Assembly (NCBI GenBank): GCA_964016885.1
Contig: OZ024744.1
Location: 110,484,001-110,548,000 of the forward strand
Length of the DNA stretch: 64,000 bases
DNA from: Eledone cirrhosa
Lineage: Eukaryota
Direction: 5' to 3'
In this document: positions 28,501 through 45,200 of the stretch, piece after piece
Layout: each line of letters starts with the position of its first letter
Numbering within the stretch: position 1 is the stretch's first letter
The notes under the pieces: model-generated
Told to the model about the DNA's origin: nothing
The model's input: the letters and a program-made list of their open reading frames with translations, nothing else
The model's database searches: none
Translations under genes and position numbers: made by a program

Positions 28501-31500
28501 ACCTTGCCCTGAACACAGTAAAACTACATAATCCCCTATAACTTACCATGCCTGAACACAGTAAAACTACACAATCCACTATAACTTACCTTGCCCTGAA
28601 CACAGTAAAATTACACAATCCACAGTAACTTACCTTGCTCTGAACACAGTAAAACTACACAACCCACTATAACTTACCTTGCCCTGAACACAGTAAAACT
28701 ACACAATCCACTATAACTTACCTTGCCCTGAACACAGTAAAACTACATAATCCACTATAACTTACCTTGCCCTGAACACAGTAAAATTACACAATCCACT
28801 ATAACTTACCTTGCCCTGAACACAGTAAAACTACACAATCCACTATAACTTACCTTGCTCTGAACAGAGTAAGACTACACAACCCACTATAACTTACCTT
28901 GCCCTGAACACAGTAAAACTACATAATCCACTATAACTTACCTTGCTCTGAACACAGTAAAACTATATAATCCAATATAGCTTACCTTGCCCTGAACACA
29001 GTAAAACTACACAATCCACTATAACTTACCTTGCTCTGAACACAGTAAATCTACACAATCCACTATAACTTACCTTGCTCTGAACACAGTAAACCTACAC
29101 AACCCACGATAACTTACCTTGCCCTGAACACAGTAAAACTACATAATCCACTATAACTTACCTTGCTCTGAACAGAGTAAGACTACACAACCCACTATAA
29201 CTTACCTTGCCCTGAACACAGTAAAACTACATAATCCACTATAACTTACCTTGCCCTGAACACAGTAAAACTACACAATCCACTATAACTTACCTTGCTC
29301 TGAACACAGTAAACTACACAATCCACTATAGCTTACCTTGCTCTGAACAGAGTAAAACAACGCAACCCACTATAACTTACCTTGCTCTGAACACAGTAAA
29401 ACTATATAGTCCACTATTGCTTACCTTGCCCTGAACACAGTAAAACTACATAATCCACTATAACTTACCTTGCTCTGAACACAGTAAAACTACACAATCC
29501 ACTATAACTTACCTTGCTCTGAACACAGTAAAACTACACAAACCACTATAACTTACCTTGCCCTGAACACAGTAAAACTACATAATCCACTATAACTTAC
29601 CTTGCCCTGAACACAGTAAATCTACACAATCCACTATAACTTACCTTGCACTGAACACAGTAAAACTAAACAATCCACTATAACTTACCTTGCTCTGAAC
29701 AGAGTAAAACTACACAACCCGCTATAACTTACCTTGCCCTGAACACAGTAAAACTACATAATCCCCTATAACTTACCTTGCTCTGAACAGAGTAAAACTA
29801 CACAACCCACTATAACTTACCTTGACCTGAACACAGTAACACTACATTATCCACTATAACTTACCTTGCTCTGAACACAGTAAAACTATATAATCCACTA
29901 TTGCTTACCTTGCCCTGAACACAGTAAAACTACACAACCCGCTATAACTTACCTTCCCTGAACACAATAAAACTACACAATCCACTATAACTTACCTTGC
30001 TCTGAACAGAGTAAAACTACACAACCCACTATAACTTACCTTGCCCTGAACACAGTAAAAGTACATAATCCACTATTGCTTACCTTGCCCTGAACACAGT
30101 AAAACTACACAACCCGCTATAACTCACCTTCCCTGAACACAATTAAACTACCCAAACCACTATAAATTACCTTGCTCTGAACAGAGTAAAACTACACAAC
30201 CCACTATAACTTACCTTGCCCTGAACACAGTAAAACTACACAATCCACTATAACTTACCTTGCTCTGAACACAGTAAAACTACACAATCCTCTATAACTT
30301 ACCTTGCCCTGAACACAGGAAAACTACACAATTCACTATAACTTACCTTGCCCTGAACACAGTAAAACTACATAATCCACTATAACTTACCTTACCCTGA
30401 ACACAGTAAAACTACATAATCCACTATAACTTACCATGCCCTGAACACAGTAAAACTACACAATCCACTATAACTCACCTTCCACTGAACACAGTAAAAC
30501 TACATAATCCACTATAAATTACCTTGCTCTGAACACAGTAAAACTATATAATCCACTATTGCTTACCTTGCGCCTGAACACAGTAAAACTACACAATCCA
30601 CTATAATTTACCTTGCCCTGAACACAGTAAAACTACACAATCCACTATAAATTACCTTGCCCTGAACACAGTAAAACTACACGATCCACTATAACTTACC
30701 TTGCCCTGAACACAGTAAAACTACACAATCCACTATAACTAACCTTGCTCTGAACACAGTAAAACTACTCAATCCACTATAACTTACCTTACCCTGAACA
30801 CAGTAAAACTACACAATCCACTATAACTTAACTGGCCCTGAACACAGTAAAACTACACAATCCACTATAACTTAACTGGCCCTGAACACAGTAAAACTAC
30901 ACAATCCACTATAACTTACCTTGCACTGAACATAGTAAAACTACACAATCCACTATAACTTACCTTGCTCTGAACACAGTGAAACTACACAATCCACTAT
31001 AACTTACCTTGCTCTGAACACAGCAAAACTAAATAATCCACTATAACTTACCTTGCTCTGAACACAGTGAAACTACACAATCCACTATAACTTACCTTGC
31101 CCTGAACACAGTAAAACTAACACAATCCACTATCACTTACCTTGCCCTGAACACAGTAAAACTACACAATCCACTATAACTTACCTTGCTCTGAACACAG
31201 TAAAACTATATAATCCACTATTGCTTACCTTGCCCTGAACACAGTAAAACTACATAATCCACTATAACTTACCTTGCTCTGAACACAGTAAAACTACACA
31301 ATCCACCATAACTTAGCTTCCATTGAAAACAGTAAATTTATATAATCCACTATGGCTTACCTTGCCCTGAACACAGTAAAACTACACAATCCACTATAAC
31401 TTACCTTGCTCTGAACACAGTAAAACTACACAATCCACTATAACTTACCTTGCCCTGAACACAGTAAAACTACATAATCCACTATAACTTACCATGCCCT

Positions 31501-32539
31501 GAACACATGTAAACTACACAATCCACTATAACTCACCTTCCACTGAACACAGTTAAACTACATAATCCACTATAAATTACCTTGCTCTGAACACAGTAAA
31601 ACTATATAATCCACTATTGCTTACCTTGCGCCTGAACACAGTAAAACTACACAATCCGCTATAACTTACCTTGCCCTGAACACAGTAAAACTACACAATC
31701 CACTATAAATTACCTTGCCCTGAACACAGTAAAACTACACGATCCACTATAACTTACCTTGCCCTGAACACAGTAAAACTACACAATCCACTATAACTAA
31801 CCTTGCTCTGAACACAGTAAAACTACACAATCCACTATAACTTACCTTGCCCTGAACACAGTAAAACTACACAATCCACTATAACTTACCTTGACCTGAA
31901 CAGAGTAAAACTACACAATCCACTATAACTTACCTTGCCCTGAACACAGTAAAACTACACAATCCACTATAACTTAACTGGCCCTGAACACAGTAAAACT
32001 ACACAATCCACTATAACTTAACTGGCCCTGAACACAGTAAAACTACACAATCCACTATAACTTACGTTGCACTGAACATAGTAAAACTACACAATCCACT
32101 ATAACTTACCTTGCTCTGAACACAGTGAAACTACACAATCCACTATAACTTACCTTGCTCAGAACACAGCAAAACTAAATAATCCACTATAACTTACCTT
32201 GCTCTGAACACAGTGAAACTACACAATCCACTATAACTTACCTTGCCCTGAACACAGTAAAACTAACACAATCCACTATCACTTACCTTGCCCTGAACAC
32301 AGTAAAACTACACAATCCACTATAACTTACCTTGCCCTGAACACAGTAAAACTACACAACCCACTATAACTTACCTTGCCCTGAACACAGTAAAACTACA
32401 CGATCCACTATAGCTTACCTTGCCCTGAACACAGTAAAACTACATAATCCACTATAACTTACCATGCCCCGAACACAGTAAAACTACACAATCCACTATA
32501 ACTCACCTTCCCCTGAACACAGTAAAACTACATAATCCA

Positions 32540-35500
32540 CTATAACTTACCTTGCTCTGAACACAGTAAAACTATATAATCCACTATTGCTTACCTTGCC
32601 CTGAACACAGTAAAACTACATAATCCACTATAACTTACCTTGCTCTGAACACAGTAAAACTACACAATCCACCATAACTTACCTTCCATTGAAAAAAGTA
32701 AATTTATATAATCCACTATGGCTTACCTTGCCCTGAACACAGTAAAACTACACAATCCACTATAACTTACCTTGCTCTGAACACAGTAAAACTACACAAT
32801 CCACTATAACTTACCTTGCCCTGAACACAGTAAAAGTTAATAAACCACTATAACTTAACTTGCTCTGAATAGAGTAAAACTACACAATCCACTATAACTT
32901 ACCTTGCCCTGAACACAGTAAAACTACATAATCCACTATAACTTACCTTGCCCTGAACACAGTAAAACTAACACAATCCACTATAACTTACCTTGCCTGA
33001 ACACAGTAAAACGAAACAATCCACTATAAATTACGTTGCCATGAACACACTAAAACTACAAAATTTTCTATAACTTACCTTGCCCTGAACACAGTAAAAC
33101 TACACAATCCACTATAACTAACCTTGCCCTGAACACAGTAAAACTACACAATCCACTATAACTTACTTTGCTCTGAACACAGTAAAACTACACAATCCAC
33201 TATAACTTACCTTTCCCTGAACACAGTGAAACTACATAATCCACTATAATTTACCTTGCCCTGGACACAGTAAATGTACATAATCCACTATAACTTACTT
33301 AGCTTGCCCTGAACGCAGTGAAACTACACAATCCACTATAACTTACCTTGCTCTGAACAGAGTAAGACTACACAACCCACTATAACTTACCTTGCCCTGA
33401 ACACAGTAAAACTACATAATCCACTATAACTTACCTTGCTCTGAACACAGTAAAACTATATAATCCAATATAGCTTACCTTGCCCTGAACACAGTAAAAC
33501 TACACAATCCACTATAACTTACCTTGCTCTGAACACAGTAAATCTACACAATCCACTATAACTTACCTTGCTCTGAACACAGTAAACCTACACAACCCAC
33601 GATAACTTACCTTGCCCTGAACACAGTAAAACTACATAATCCACTATAACTTACCTTGCTCTGAACAGAGTAAGACTACACAACCCACTATAACTTACCT
33701 TGCCCTGAACACAGTAAAACTACATAATCCACTATAACTTACCTTGCCCTGAACACAGTAAAACTACACAATCCACTATAACTTACCTTGCTCTGAACAC
33801 AGTAAACTACACAATCCACTATAGCTTACCTTGCTCTGAACAGAGTAAAACAACGCAACCCACTATAACTAACCTTGCTCTGAACACAGTAAAACTATAT
33901 AGTCCACTATTGCTTACCTTGCCCTGAACACAGTAAAACTACATAATCCACTATAACTTACCTTGCTCTGAACACAGTAAAACTACACAATCCACTATAA
34001 CTTACCTTGCTCTGAACACAGTAAAACTACACAACCCACTATAACTTACCTTGCCCTGAACACAGTAAAACTACATAATCCACTATAACTTACCTTGCCC
34101 TGAACACAGTAAATCTACACAATCCACTATAACTTACCTTGCACTGAACACAGTAAAACTAAACAATCCACTATAACTTACCTTGCTCTGAACAGAGTAA
34201 AACTACACAACCCACTATAACTTACCTTGACCTGAACACAGTAAAACTACACAATCCACAATAACTTACCTTGCCCTGAACATATTAAAACTACGTAATC
34301 CACTATAACTTACCTTCCTCTAAACACAGTAAAACTACACAATCCACTATCCCTTACCTTGCCCTGAACACAGTAAAACTACACAAACCACTATAAATTA
34401 CCTTGCCCTGAACACAGTAAAACTACACAATCCACTATAATTTGCCTTGCCCTGAACACAGTAAGACTACACAATCCACTATAAATTACCTTGCTCTGAA
34501 CAGAGTAAAACTAGATAATCCACTATAACTTACCTTGCCCTGAACACAGTAAAACTACACAATCCACTATAACTTACCTTGCCCTGAACACAGTAAAACT
34601 ACATAATCCACTACAACTCACCTTCCCCTGAACACAGTAAAACTACATAATCCACTATAACTTACCATGCCCTGAACACAGTAAAACTACACAATCCACT
34701 ATAACTCACCTTCCCTTGAACACAGTAAAACTACATAATCCACTATAACTTACCTTGCTCTGAACACAGTAAAACTATATAATCCACTATTGCTTACCTT
34801 GCCCTGAACACAGTAAAACTACATAAACCACTATAACTCACCTTCCCCTGAACACAGTAAAACTACATAATCCACTATAACTTACCTTGCTCTGAACACA
34901 GTAAAACTATATAATCCACTATTGCTTACCTTGCCCTGAACACAGTAAAACTACACAATCCACTATAACTTACCTTGCCCTGAACACAGTAAAACTACAC
35001 AATCCACTATAAATTACCTTGCCTTGAACACAGTAAAACTACACGATCCACTATAACTTACCTTGCCCTGAACACAGTAAAACTACACAATCCACTATAA
35101 CTAACCTTGCTCTGAACACAGTAAAACTACAGAATCCACTATAACTTACCTTGCTCTGAACACAGTAAAACTATATAATCCACTATTGCTTACCTTGCCC
35201 TGAACACAGTAAAACTACACAATCCACTATAACTTACCTTGCCCTGAACACAGTAAAACTACACAATCCACTATAACTTACCTTGCTCTGAACAGAGTAA
35301 AACTACACAACCCGCTATAACTTACCTTGACCTGAACACAGTAACACTACATTATCCACTATAACTTACCTTGCTCTGAACAGAGTAAAACTACACAACC
35401 CGCTATAACTTACCTTGCCCTGAACACAGTAAAACTACATAATCCCCTATAACTTACCTTGCTCTGAACAGAGTAAAACTACACAACCCACTATAACTTA

Positions 35501-38500
35501 CCTTGACCTGAACACAGTAACACTACATTATCCACTATAACTTACCTTGCTCTGAACACAGTAAAACTATATAATCCACTATTGCTTACCTTGCCCTGAA
35601 CACAGTAAAACTACATAATCCACTATAACTTACCTTGCTCTGAACACAGTAAAACTACACAATCCACCATAACTTACCTTCCATTGAAAACAGTAAATTT
35701 ATATAATCCACTATGGCTTACCTTGCCCTGAACACAGTAAAACTACACAATCCACTATAACTTACCTTGCTCTGAACACAGTAAAACTACACAATCCACT
35801 ATAACTTACCTTGCCCTGAACACAGTAAAAGTTAATAAACCACTATAACTTAACTTGCTCTGAATAGAGTAAAACTACACAATCCACTATAACTTACCTT
35901 GCCCTGAACACAGTAAAACTACATAATCCACTATAACTTACCTTGCCCTGAACACAGTAAAACTAACACAATCCACTATAACTTACCTTGCCTGAACACA
36001 GTAAAACGAAACAATCCACTATAAATTACGTTGCCATGAACACACTAAAACTACAAAATTTTCTATAACTTACCTTGCCCTGAACACAGTAAAACTACAC
36101 AATCCACTATAACTAACCTTGCCCTGAACACAGTAAAACTACACAATCCACTATAACTTACTTTGCTCTGAACACAGTAAAACTACACAATCCACTATAA
36201 CTTACCTTTCCCTGAACACAGTGAAACTACATAATCCACTATAATTTACCTTGCCCTGGACACAGTAAATGTACATAATCCACTATAACTTACTTAGCTT
36301 GCCCTGAACGCAGTGAAACTACACAATCCACTATAACTTACCTTGCTCTGAACAGAGTAAGACTACACAACCCACTATAACTTACCTTGCCCTGAACACA
36401 ATAAAACTACATAATCCACTATAACTTACCTTGCTCTGAACACAGTAAAACTATATAATCCAATATAGCTTACCTTGCCCTGAACACAGTAAAACTACAC
36501 AATCCACTATAACTTACCTTGCTCTGAACACAGTAAATCTACACAATCCACTATAACTTACCTTGCTCTGAACACAGTAAACCTACACAACCCACGATAA
36601 CTTACCTTGCCCTGAACACAGTAAAACTACATAATCCACTATAACTTACCTTGCTCTGAACAGAGTAAGACTACACAACCCACTATAACTTACCTTGCCC
36701 TGAACACAGTAAAACTACATAATCCACTATAACTTACCTTGCTCTGAACACAGTAAAACTACACAATCCACTATAACTTACCTTGCTCTGAACACAGTAA
36801 ACTACACAATCCACTATAGCTTACCTTGCTCTGAACAGAGTAAAACAACGCAACCCACTATAACTAGCCTTGCTCTAAACACAGTAAAACTATATAGTCC
36901 ACTATTGCTTACCTTGCCCTGAACACAGTAAAACTACATAATCCACTATAACTTACCTTGCTCTGAACACAGTAAAACTACACAATCCACTATAACTTAC
37001 CTTGCTCTGAACACAGTAAAACTACACAACCCACTATAACTTACCTTGCCCTGAACACAGTAAAACTACATAATCCACTATAACTTACCTTGCCCTGAAC
37101 ACAGTAAAACTAAACAATCCACTATAACTTACCTTGCTCTGAACAGAGTAAAACTACACAACCCGCTATAACTTACCTTGCCCTGAACACAGTAAAACTA
37201 CATAATCCCCTATAACTTACCTTGCTCTGAACAGAGTAAAACTACACAACCCACTATAACTTACCTTGACCTGAACACAGTAAAACTACACAATCCACAA
37301 TAACTTACCTTGCCCTGAACATATTAAAACTACGTAATCCACTATAACTTACCTTCCTCTAAACACAGTAAAACTACACAATCCACTATCCCTTACCTTG
37401 CGCTGAACACAGTAAAACTACACAAACCACTATAAATTATCTTGCCCTGAACACAGTAAAACTACACAATCCACTATAATTTGCCTTGCCCTGAACACAG
37501 TAAGACTACACAATCCACTATAAATTACCTTGCTCTGAACAGAGTAAAACTAGATAATCCACTATAACTTACCTTGCCCTGAACACAGTAAAACTACACA
37601 ATCCACTATAACTTACCTTGCCCTGAACACAGTAAAACTACATAATCCACTACAACTCACCTTCCCCTGAACACAGTAAAACTACATAATCCACTATAAC
37701 TTACCATGCCCTGAACACAGTAAAACTACACAATCCACTATAACTCACCTTCCCTTGAACACAGTAAAACTACATAATCCACTATAACTTACCTTGCTCT
37801 GAACACAGTAAAACTATATAATCCACTATTGCTTACCTTGCCCTGAACACAGTAAAACTACATAAACCACTATAACTCACCTTCCCCTGAACACAGTAAA
37901 ACTACATAATCCACTATAACTTACCTTGCTCTGAACACAGTAAAACTATATAATCCACTATTGCTTACCTTGCCCTGAACACAGTAAAACTACACAATCC
38001 ACTATAACTTACCTTGCCCTGAACACAGTAAAACTACACAATCCACTATAAATTACCTTGCCTTGAACACAGTAAAACTACACGATCCACTATAACTTAC
38101 CTTGCCCTGAACACAGTAAAACTACACAATCCACTATAACTAACCTTGCTCTGAACACAGTAAAACTACAGAATCCACTATAACTTACCTTGCTCTGAAC
38201 ACAGTAAAACTATATAATCCACTATTGCTTACCTTGCCCTGAACACAGTAAAACTACACAATCCACTATAACTTACCTTGCCCTGAACACAGTAAAACTA
38301 CACAATCCACTATAACTTACCTTGCTCTGAACAGAGTAAAACTACACAACCCGCTATAACTTACCTTGACCTGAACACAGTAACACTACATTATCCACTA
38401 TAACTTACCTTGCTCTGAACAGAGTAAAACTACACAACCCGCTATAACTTACCTTGCCCTGAACACAGTAAAACTACATAATCCCCTATAACTTACCTTG

Positions 38501-38530
38501 CTCTGAACAGAGTAAAACTACACAACCCAC
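32540..38530. repeat. Higher-order tandem duplication of about 2,995 bp (68 monomers), 2 copies
   Basis: Marker ccattgaaa at 32686/35681 and the 4-bp-insertion monomer (agcttgccctgaacg) at 33301/36296, both offset 2995. Confidence 0.85.
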
Positions 38531-41500
38531 TATAACTTACCTTGACCTGAACACAGTAACACTACATTATCCACTATAGCTTACCTTGCTCTGAACACAG
38601 TAAAACTATATAATCCACTATTGCTTACCTTGCCCTGAACACAGTAAAACTACACAACCCGCTATAACTTACCTTCCCTGAACACAATAAAACTACACAA
38701 TCCACTATAACTTACCTTGCTCTGAACAGAGTAAAACTACACAACCCACTATAACTTACCTTGCCCTGAACACAGTAAAAGTACATAATCCACTATTGCT
38801 TACCTTGCCCTGAACACAGTAAAACTACACAACCCGCTATAACTCACCTTCCCTGAACACAATTAAACTACCCAAACCACTATAAATTACCTTGCTCTGA
38901 ACAGAGTAAAACTACACAACCCACTATAACTTACCTTGCCCTGAACACAGTAAAACTACACAATCCACTATAACTTACCTTGCTCTGAACACAGTAAAAC
39001 TACACAATCCACTATAACTTACCTTGCCCTGAACACAGTAAAACTACACAATCCACTATAACTTACCTTGCCCTGAACACAGTAAAACTACATAATCCAC
39101 TATAACTTACCTTCCCCTGAACACAGTAAAACTACACAATCCACTATAACTTACCTTGCCCTGAACACAGTAAAACTACACAATCCACTATAAATTACCT
39201 TGCCCTGAACACAGTAAAACTACACGATCCACTATAACTTACCTTGCCCTGAACACAGTAAAACTACACAATCCACTATAACTAACCTTGCTCTGAACAC
39301 AGTAAACCTACACAATCCACTATAACTTACCTTGCCCTGAACACAGTAAAACTACACAATCCACTATAACTTACCTTGACCTGAACAGAGCAAAACTACA
39401 CAATCCACTATAACTTACCTTGCCCTGAACACAGTAAAACTACACAATCCACTATAACTTAACTGGCCCTGAACACAGTAAAACTACACAATCCACTATA
39501 ACTTAACTGGCCCTGAACACAGTAAAACTACACAATCCACTATAACTTAACTGGCCCTGAACACAGTAAAACTACACAATCCACTATAACTTACCTTGCA
39601 CTGAACATAGTAAAACTACACAATCCACTATAACTTACCTTGCTCTGAACACAGTGAAACTACACAATCCACTATAACTTACCTTGCTCTGAACACAGCA
39701 AAACTAAATAATCCACTATAACTTACCTTGCTCTGAACACAGTGAAACTACACAATCCACTATAACTTACCTTGCCCTGAACACAGTAAAACTAACACAA
39801 TCCACTATCACTTACCTTGCCCTGAACACAGTAAAACTACACAATCCACTATAACTTACCTTGCCTTGAACACAGTAAAACTACACAACCCACTATAACT
39901 TACCTTGCCCTGAACACAGTAAAACTACACGATCCACTATAGCTTACCTTGCCCTGAACACAGTAAAACTACATAATCCACTATAACTTACCATGCCCTG
40001 AACACAGTAAAACTACACAATCCACTATAACTCACCTTCCCCTGAACACAGTAAAACTACATAATCCACTATAACTTACCTTGCCCTGAACACAGTAAAA
40101 CTACACAATCCACTATAACTTACCTTGCCCTGAACACAGTAAAACTACATAATCCACTACAACTCACCTTCCCCTAAACACAGTAAAACTACATAATCCA
40201 CTATAACTTACCATGCCCTGAACACAGTAAAACTACACAATCCACTATAACTCACCTTCCCTTGAACACAGTAAAACTACATAATCCACTATAACTTACC
40301 TTGCTCTGAACACAGTAAAACTATATAATCCACTATTGCTTACCTTGCCCTGAACACAGTAAAACTACATAATCCACTATAACTCACCTTCCTCTGAACA
40401 CAGTAAAACTACATAATCCACTATAACTTACCTTGCTCTGAACACAGTAAAACTATATAATCCACTATTGCTTACCTTGCCCTGAACACAGTAAAACTAC
40501 ACAATCCACTATAACTTACCTTGCCCTGAACACAGTAAAACTACACAATCCACTATAAATTACCTTGCCCTGAACACAGTAAAACTACACGATCCACTAT
40601 AACTTACCTTGCCCTGAACACAGTAAAACTACACAATCCACTATAACTAACCTTGCTCTGAACACAGTAAAACTACACAATCCACTATAACTTACCTTGC
40701 TCTGAACAGAGTAAAACTACACAACCCGCTATAACTTACCTTGACCTGAACACAGTAACACTACATTATCCACTATAACTTACCTTGCTCTGAACAGAGT
40801 AAAACTACACAACCCGCTATAACTTACCTTGACCTGAACACAGTAACACTACATTATCCACTATAACTTACCTTGCTCTGAACAGAGTAAAACTACACAA
40901 CCCGCTATAACTTACCTTGCCCTGAACACAGTAAAACTACATAATCCCCTATAACTTACCTTGCTCTGAACAGAGTAAAACTACACAACCCACTATAACT
41001 TACCTTGACCTGAACACAGTAACACTACATTATCCACTATAACTTACCTTGCTCTGAACACAGTAAAACTATATAATCCACTATTGCTTACCTTGCCCTG
41101 AACACAGTAAAACTACACAACCCGCTATAACTTACCTTCCCTGAACACAATAAAACTACACAATCCACTATACCTTACCTTGCTCTGAACAGAGTAAAAC
41201 TACACAACCCACTATAACTTACCTTGCCCTGAACACAGTAAAAGTACATAATCCACTATTGCTTACCTTGCCCTGAACACAGTAAAACTACACAACCCGC
41301 TATAACTCACCTTCCCTGAACACAATTAAACTACCCAAACCACTATAAATTACCTTGCTCTGAACAGAGTAAAACTACACAACCCACTATAACTTACCTT
41401 GCCCTGAACACAGTAAAACTACACAATCCACTATAACTTACCTTGCTCTGAACACAGTAAAACTACACAATCCACTATAACTTACCTTGCCCTGAACACA

Positions 41501-44500
41501 GTAAAACTACACAATCCACTATAACTTACCTTGCCCTGAACACAGTAAAACTACATAATCCACTATAACTTACCTTCCCCTGAACACAGTAAAACTATAT
41601 AATCCACTATAACTTACCATGCCCTGAACACAGTAAAACTACACAATCCACTATAACTCACCTTCCACTGAACACAGTAAAACTACATAATCCACTATAA
41701 ATTACCTTGCTCTGAACACAGTAAAACTATATAATCCACTATTGCTTACCTTGCGCCTGAACACAGTAAAACTACACAATCCACTATAACTTACCTTGCC
41801 CTGAACACAGTAAAACTACACAATCCACTATAAATTACCTTGCCCTGAACACAGTAAAACTACACGATCCACTATAACTTACCTTGCCCTGAACACAGTA
41901 AAACTACACAATCCACTATAACTAACCTTGCTCTGAACACAGTAAACCTACACAATCCACTATAACTTACCTTGCCCTGAACACAGTAAAACTACACAAT
42001 CCACTATAACTTACCTTGACCTGAACAGAGCAAAACTACACAATCCACTATAACTTACCTTGCCCTGAACACAGTAAAACTACACAATCCACTATAACTT
42101 ACCTTGCCCTGAACACAGTAAAATTACACAATCCACTATAACTTAACTGGCCCTGAACACAGTAAAACTAAACAATCCACTATAACTTAACTGGCCCTGA
42201 ACACAGTAAAACTACACAATCCACTACAACTTACCTTGCACTGAACATAGTAAAACTACACAATCCACTATAACTTACCTTGCTCTGAACACAGTGAAAC
42301 TACACAATCCACTATAACTTACCTTGCTCTGAACACAGCAAAACTAAATAATCCACTATAACTTACCTTGCTCTGAACACAGTGAAACTACACAATCCAC
42401 TATAACTTACCTTGCCCTGAACACAGTAAAACTAACACAATCCACTATCACTTACCTTGCCCTGAACACAGTAAAACTACACAATCCACTATAACTTACC
42501 TTGCCTTGAACACAGTAAAACTACACAACCCACTATAACTTACCTTGCCCTGAACACAGTAAAACTACACGATCCACTATAGCTTACCTTGCCCTGAACA
42601 CAGTAAAACTACATAATCCACTATAACTTACCATGCCCTGAACACAGTAAAACTACACAATCCACTATAACTCACCTTCCCCTGAACACAGTAAAACTAC
42701 ATAATCCACTATAACTTACCTTGCCCTGAACACAGTAAAACTACACAATCCACTATAACTTAGCTTGCCCTGAACACAGTAAAACTACATAATCCACTAC
42801 AACTCACCTTCCCCTGAACACAGTAAAACTACATAATCCACTATAACTTACCATGCCCTGAACACAGTAAAACTACATAATCCACTATAACTCACCTTCC
42901 CCTGAACACAGTAAAACTACATAATCCACTATAACTTACCTTGCTCTGAACACAGTAAAACTATATAATCCACTATTGCTTACCTTGCCCTGAACACAGT
43001 AAAACTACACAATCCACTATAACTTACCTTGCCCTGAACACAGTAAAACTACACAATCCACTATAAATTACCTTGCCCTGAACACAGTAAAACTACACGA
43101 TCCACTATAACTTACCTTGCCCTGAACACAGTAAAACTACACAATCCACTATAACTAACCTTGCTCTGAACACAGTAAAACTACACAATCCACTATAACT
43201 TACCTTGCTCTGAACAGAGTAAAACTATACAACCCGCTATAACTTACCTCGACCTGAACACAGTAACACTACATTATCCACTATAACTTACCTTGCTCTG
43301 AACAGAGTAAAACTAAACAACCCGCTATAACTTACCTTGACCTGAACACAGTAACACTACATTATCCACTATAACTTACCTTGCTCTGAACAGAGTAAAA
43401 CTACACAACCCGCTATAACTTACCTTGCCCTGAACACAGTAAAACTACATAATCCCCTATAACTTACCTTGCTCTGAACAGAGTAAAACTACACAACCCA
43501 CTATAACTTACCTTGACCTGAACACAGTAACACTACATTATCCACTATAACTTACCTTGCTCTGAACACAGTAAAACTATATAATCCACTATTGCTTACC
43601 TTGCCCTGAACACAGTAAAACTACACAACCCGCTATAACTTACCTTCCCTGAACACAATAAAACTACACAATCCACTATAACTTACCTTGCTCTGAACAG
43701 AGTAAAACTACACAACCCACTATAACTTACCTTGCCCTGAACACAGTAAAAGTACATAATCCACTATTGCTTACCTTGCCCTGAACACAGTAAAACTACA
43801 CAACCCGCTATAACTCACCTTCCCTGAACACAATTAAACTACCCAAACCACTATAAATTACCTTGCTCTGAACAGAGTAAAACTACACAACCCACTATAA
43901 CTTACCTTGCCCTGAACACAGTAAAACTACACAATCCACTATAACTTACCTTGCTCTGAACACAGTAAAACTACACAATCCACTATAACTTACCTTGCCC
44001 TGAACACAGTAAAACTACACAATCCACTATAACTTACCTTGCCCTGAACACAGTAAAACTACATAATCCACTATGACTTACCTTCCCCTGAACACAGTAA
44101 AACTATATAATCCACTATAACTTACCATGCCCTGAACACAGTAAAACTACACAATCCACTATAACTCACCTTCCACTGAACACAATAAAACTACATAATC
44201 CACTATAAATTACCTTGCTCTGAACACAGTAAAACTATATAATCCACTATTGCTTACCTTGCGCCTGAACACAGTAAAACTACACAATCCACTATAACTT
44301 ACCTTGCCCTGAACACAGTAAAACTACACGATCCACTATAACTTACCTTGCCCTGAACACAGTAAAACTACACAATCCACTATAACTAACCTTGCTCTGA
44401 ACACAGTAAACCTACACAATCCACTATAACTTACCTTGCCCTGAACACAGTAAAACTATACAATCCACTATAACTTACCTTGACCTGAACAGAGCAAAAC

Positions 44501-45200
44501 TACACAATCCACTATAACTTACCTTGCCCTGAACACAGTAAAACTACACAATCCACTATAACTTAACTGGCCCTGAACACAGTAAAACTACACAATCCAC
44601 TATAACTTAACTGGCCCTGAACACAGTAAAACTACACAATCCACTATAACTTAACTGGCCCTGAACACAGTAAAACTACACAATCCACTATAACTTACCT
44701 TGCACTGAACATAGTAAAACTACACAATCCACTATAACTTACCTTGCTCTGAACACAGTGAAACTACACAATCCACTATAACTTACCTTGCTCTGAACAC
44801 AGCAAAACTAAATAATCCACTATAACTTACCTTGCTCTGAACACAGTGAAACTACACAATCCACTATAACTTACCTTGCCCTGAACACAGTAAAACTAAC
44901 ACAATCCACTATCACTTACCTTGCCCTGAACACAGTAAAACTACACAATCCACTATAACTAACCTTGCCTTGAACACAGTAAAACTACACAACCCACTAT
45001 AACTTACCTTGCCCTGAACACAGTAAAACTACACGATCCACTATAGCTTACCTTGCCCTGAACACAGTAAAACTACATAATCCACTATAACTTACCATGC
45101 CCTGAACACAGTAAAACTACACAATCCACTATAACTCACCTTCCCCTGAACACAGTAAAACTACATAATCCACTATAACTTACCTTGCTCTGAACACAGT
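38300..45200. repeat. About 2.5-kb (56-57 monomer) higher-order repeat, about 3 variant copies
   Basis: Marker aattaaactacccaaacc at 38861, 41324 and 43832 (offsets 2463, 2508). Marker agagcaaaac near 39388, 42028 and 44491. Confidence 0.8.
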
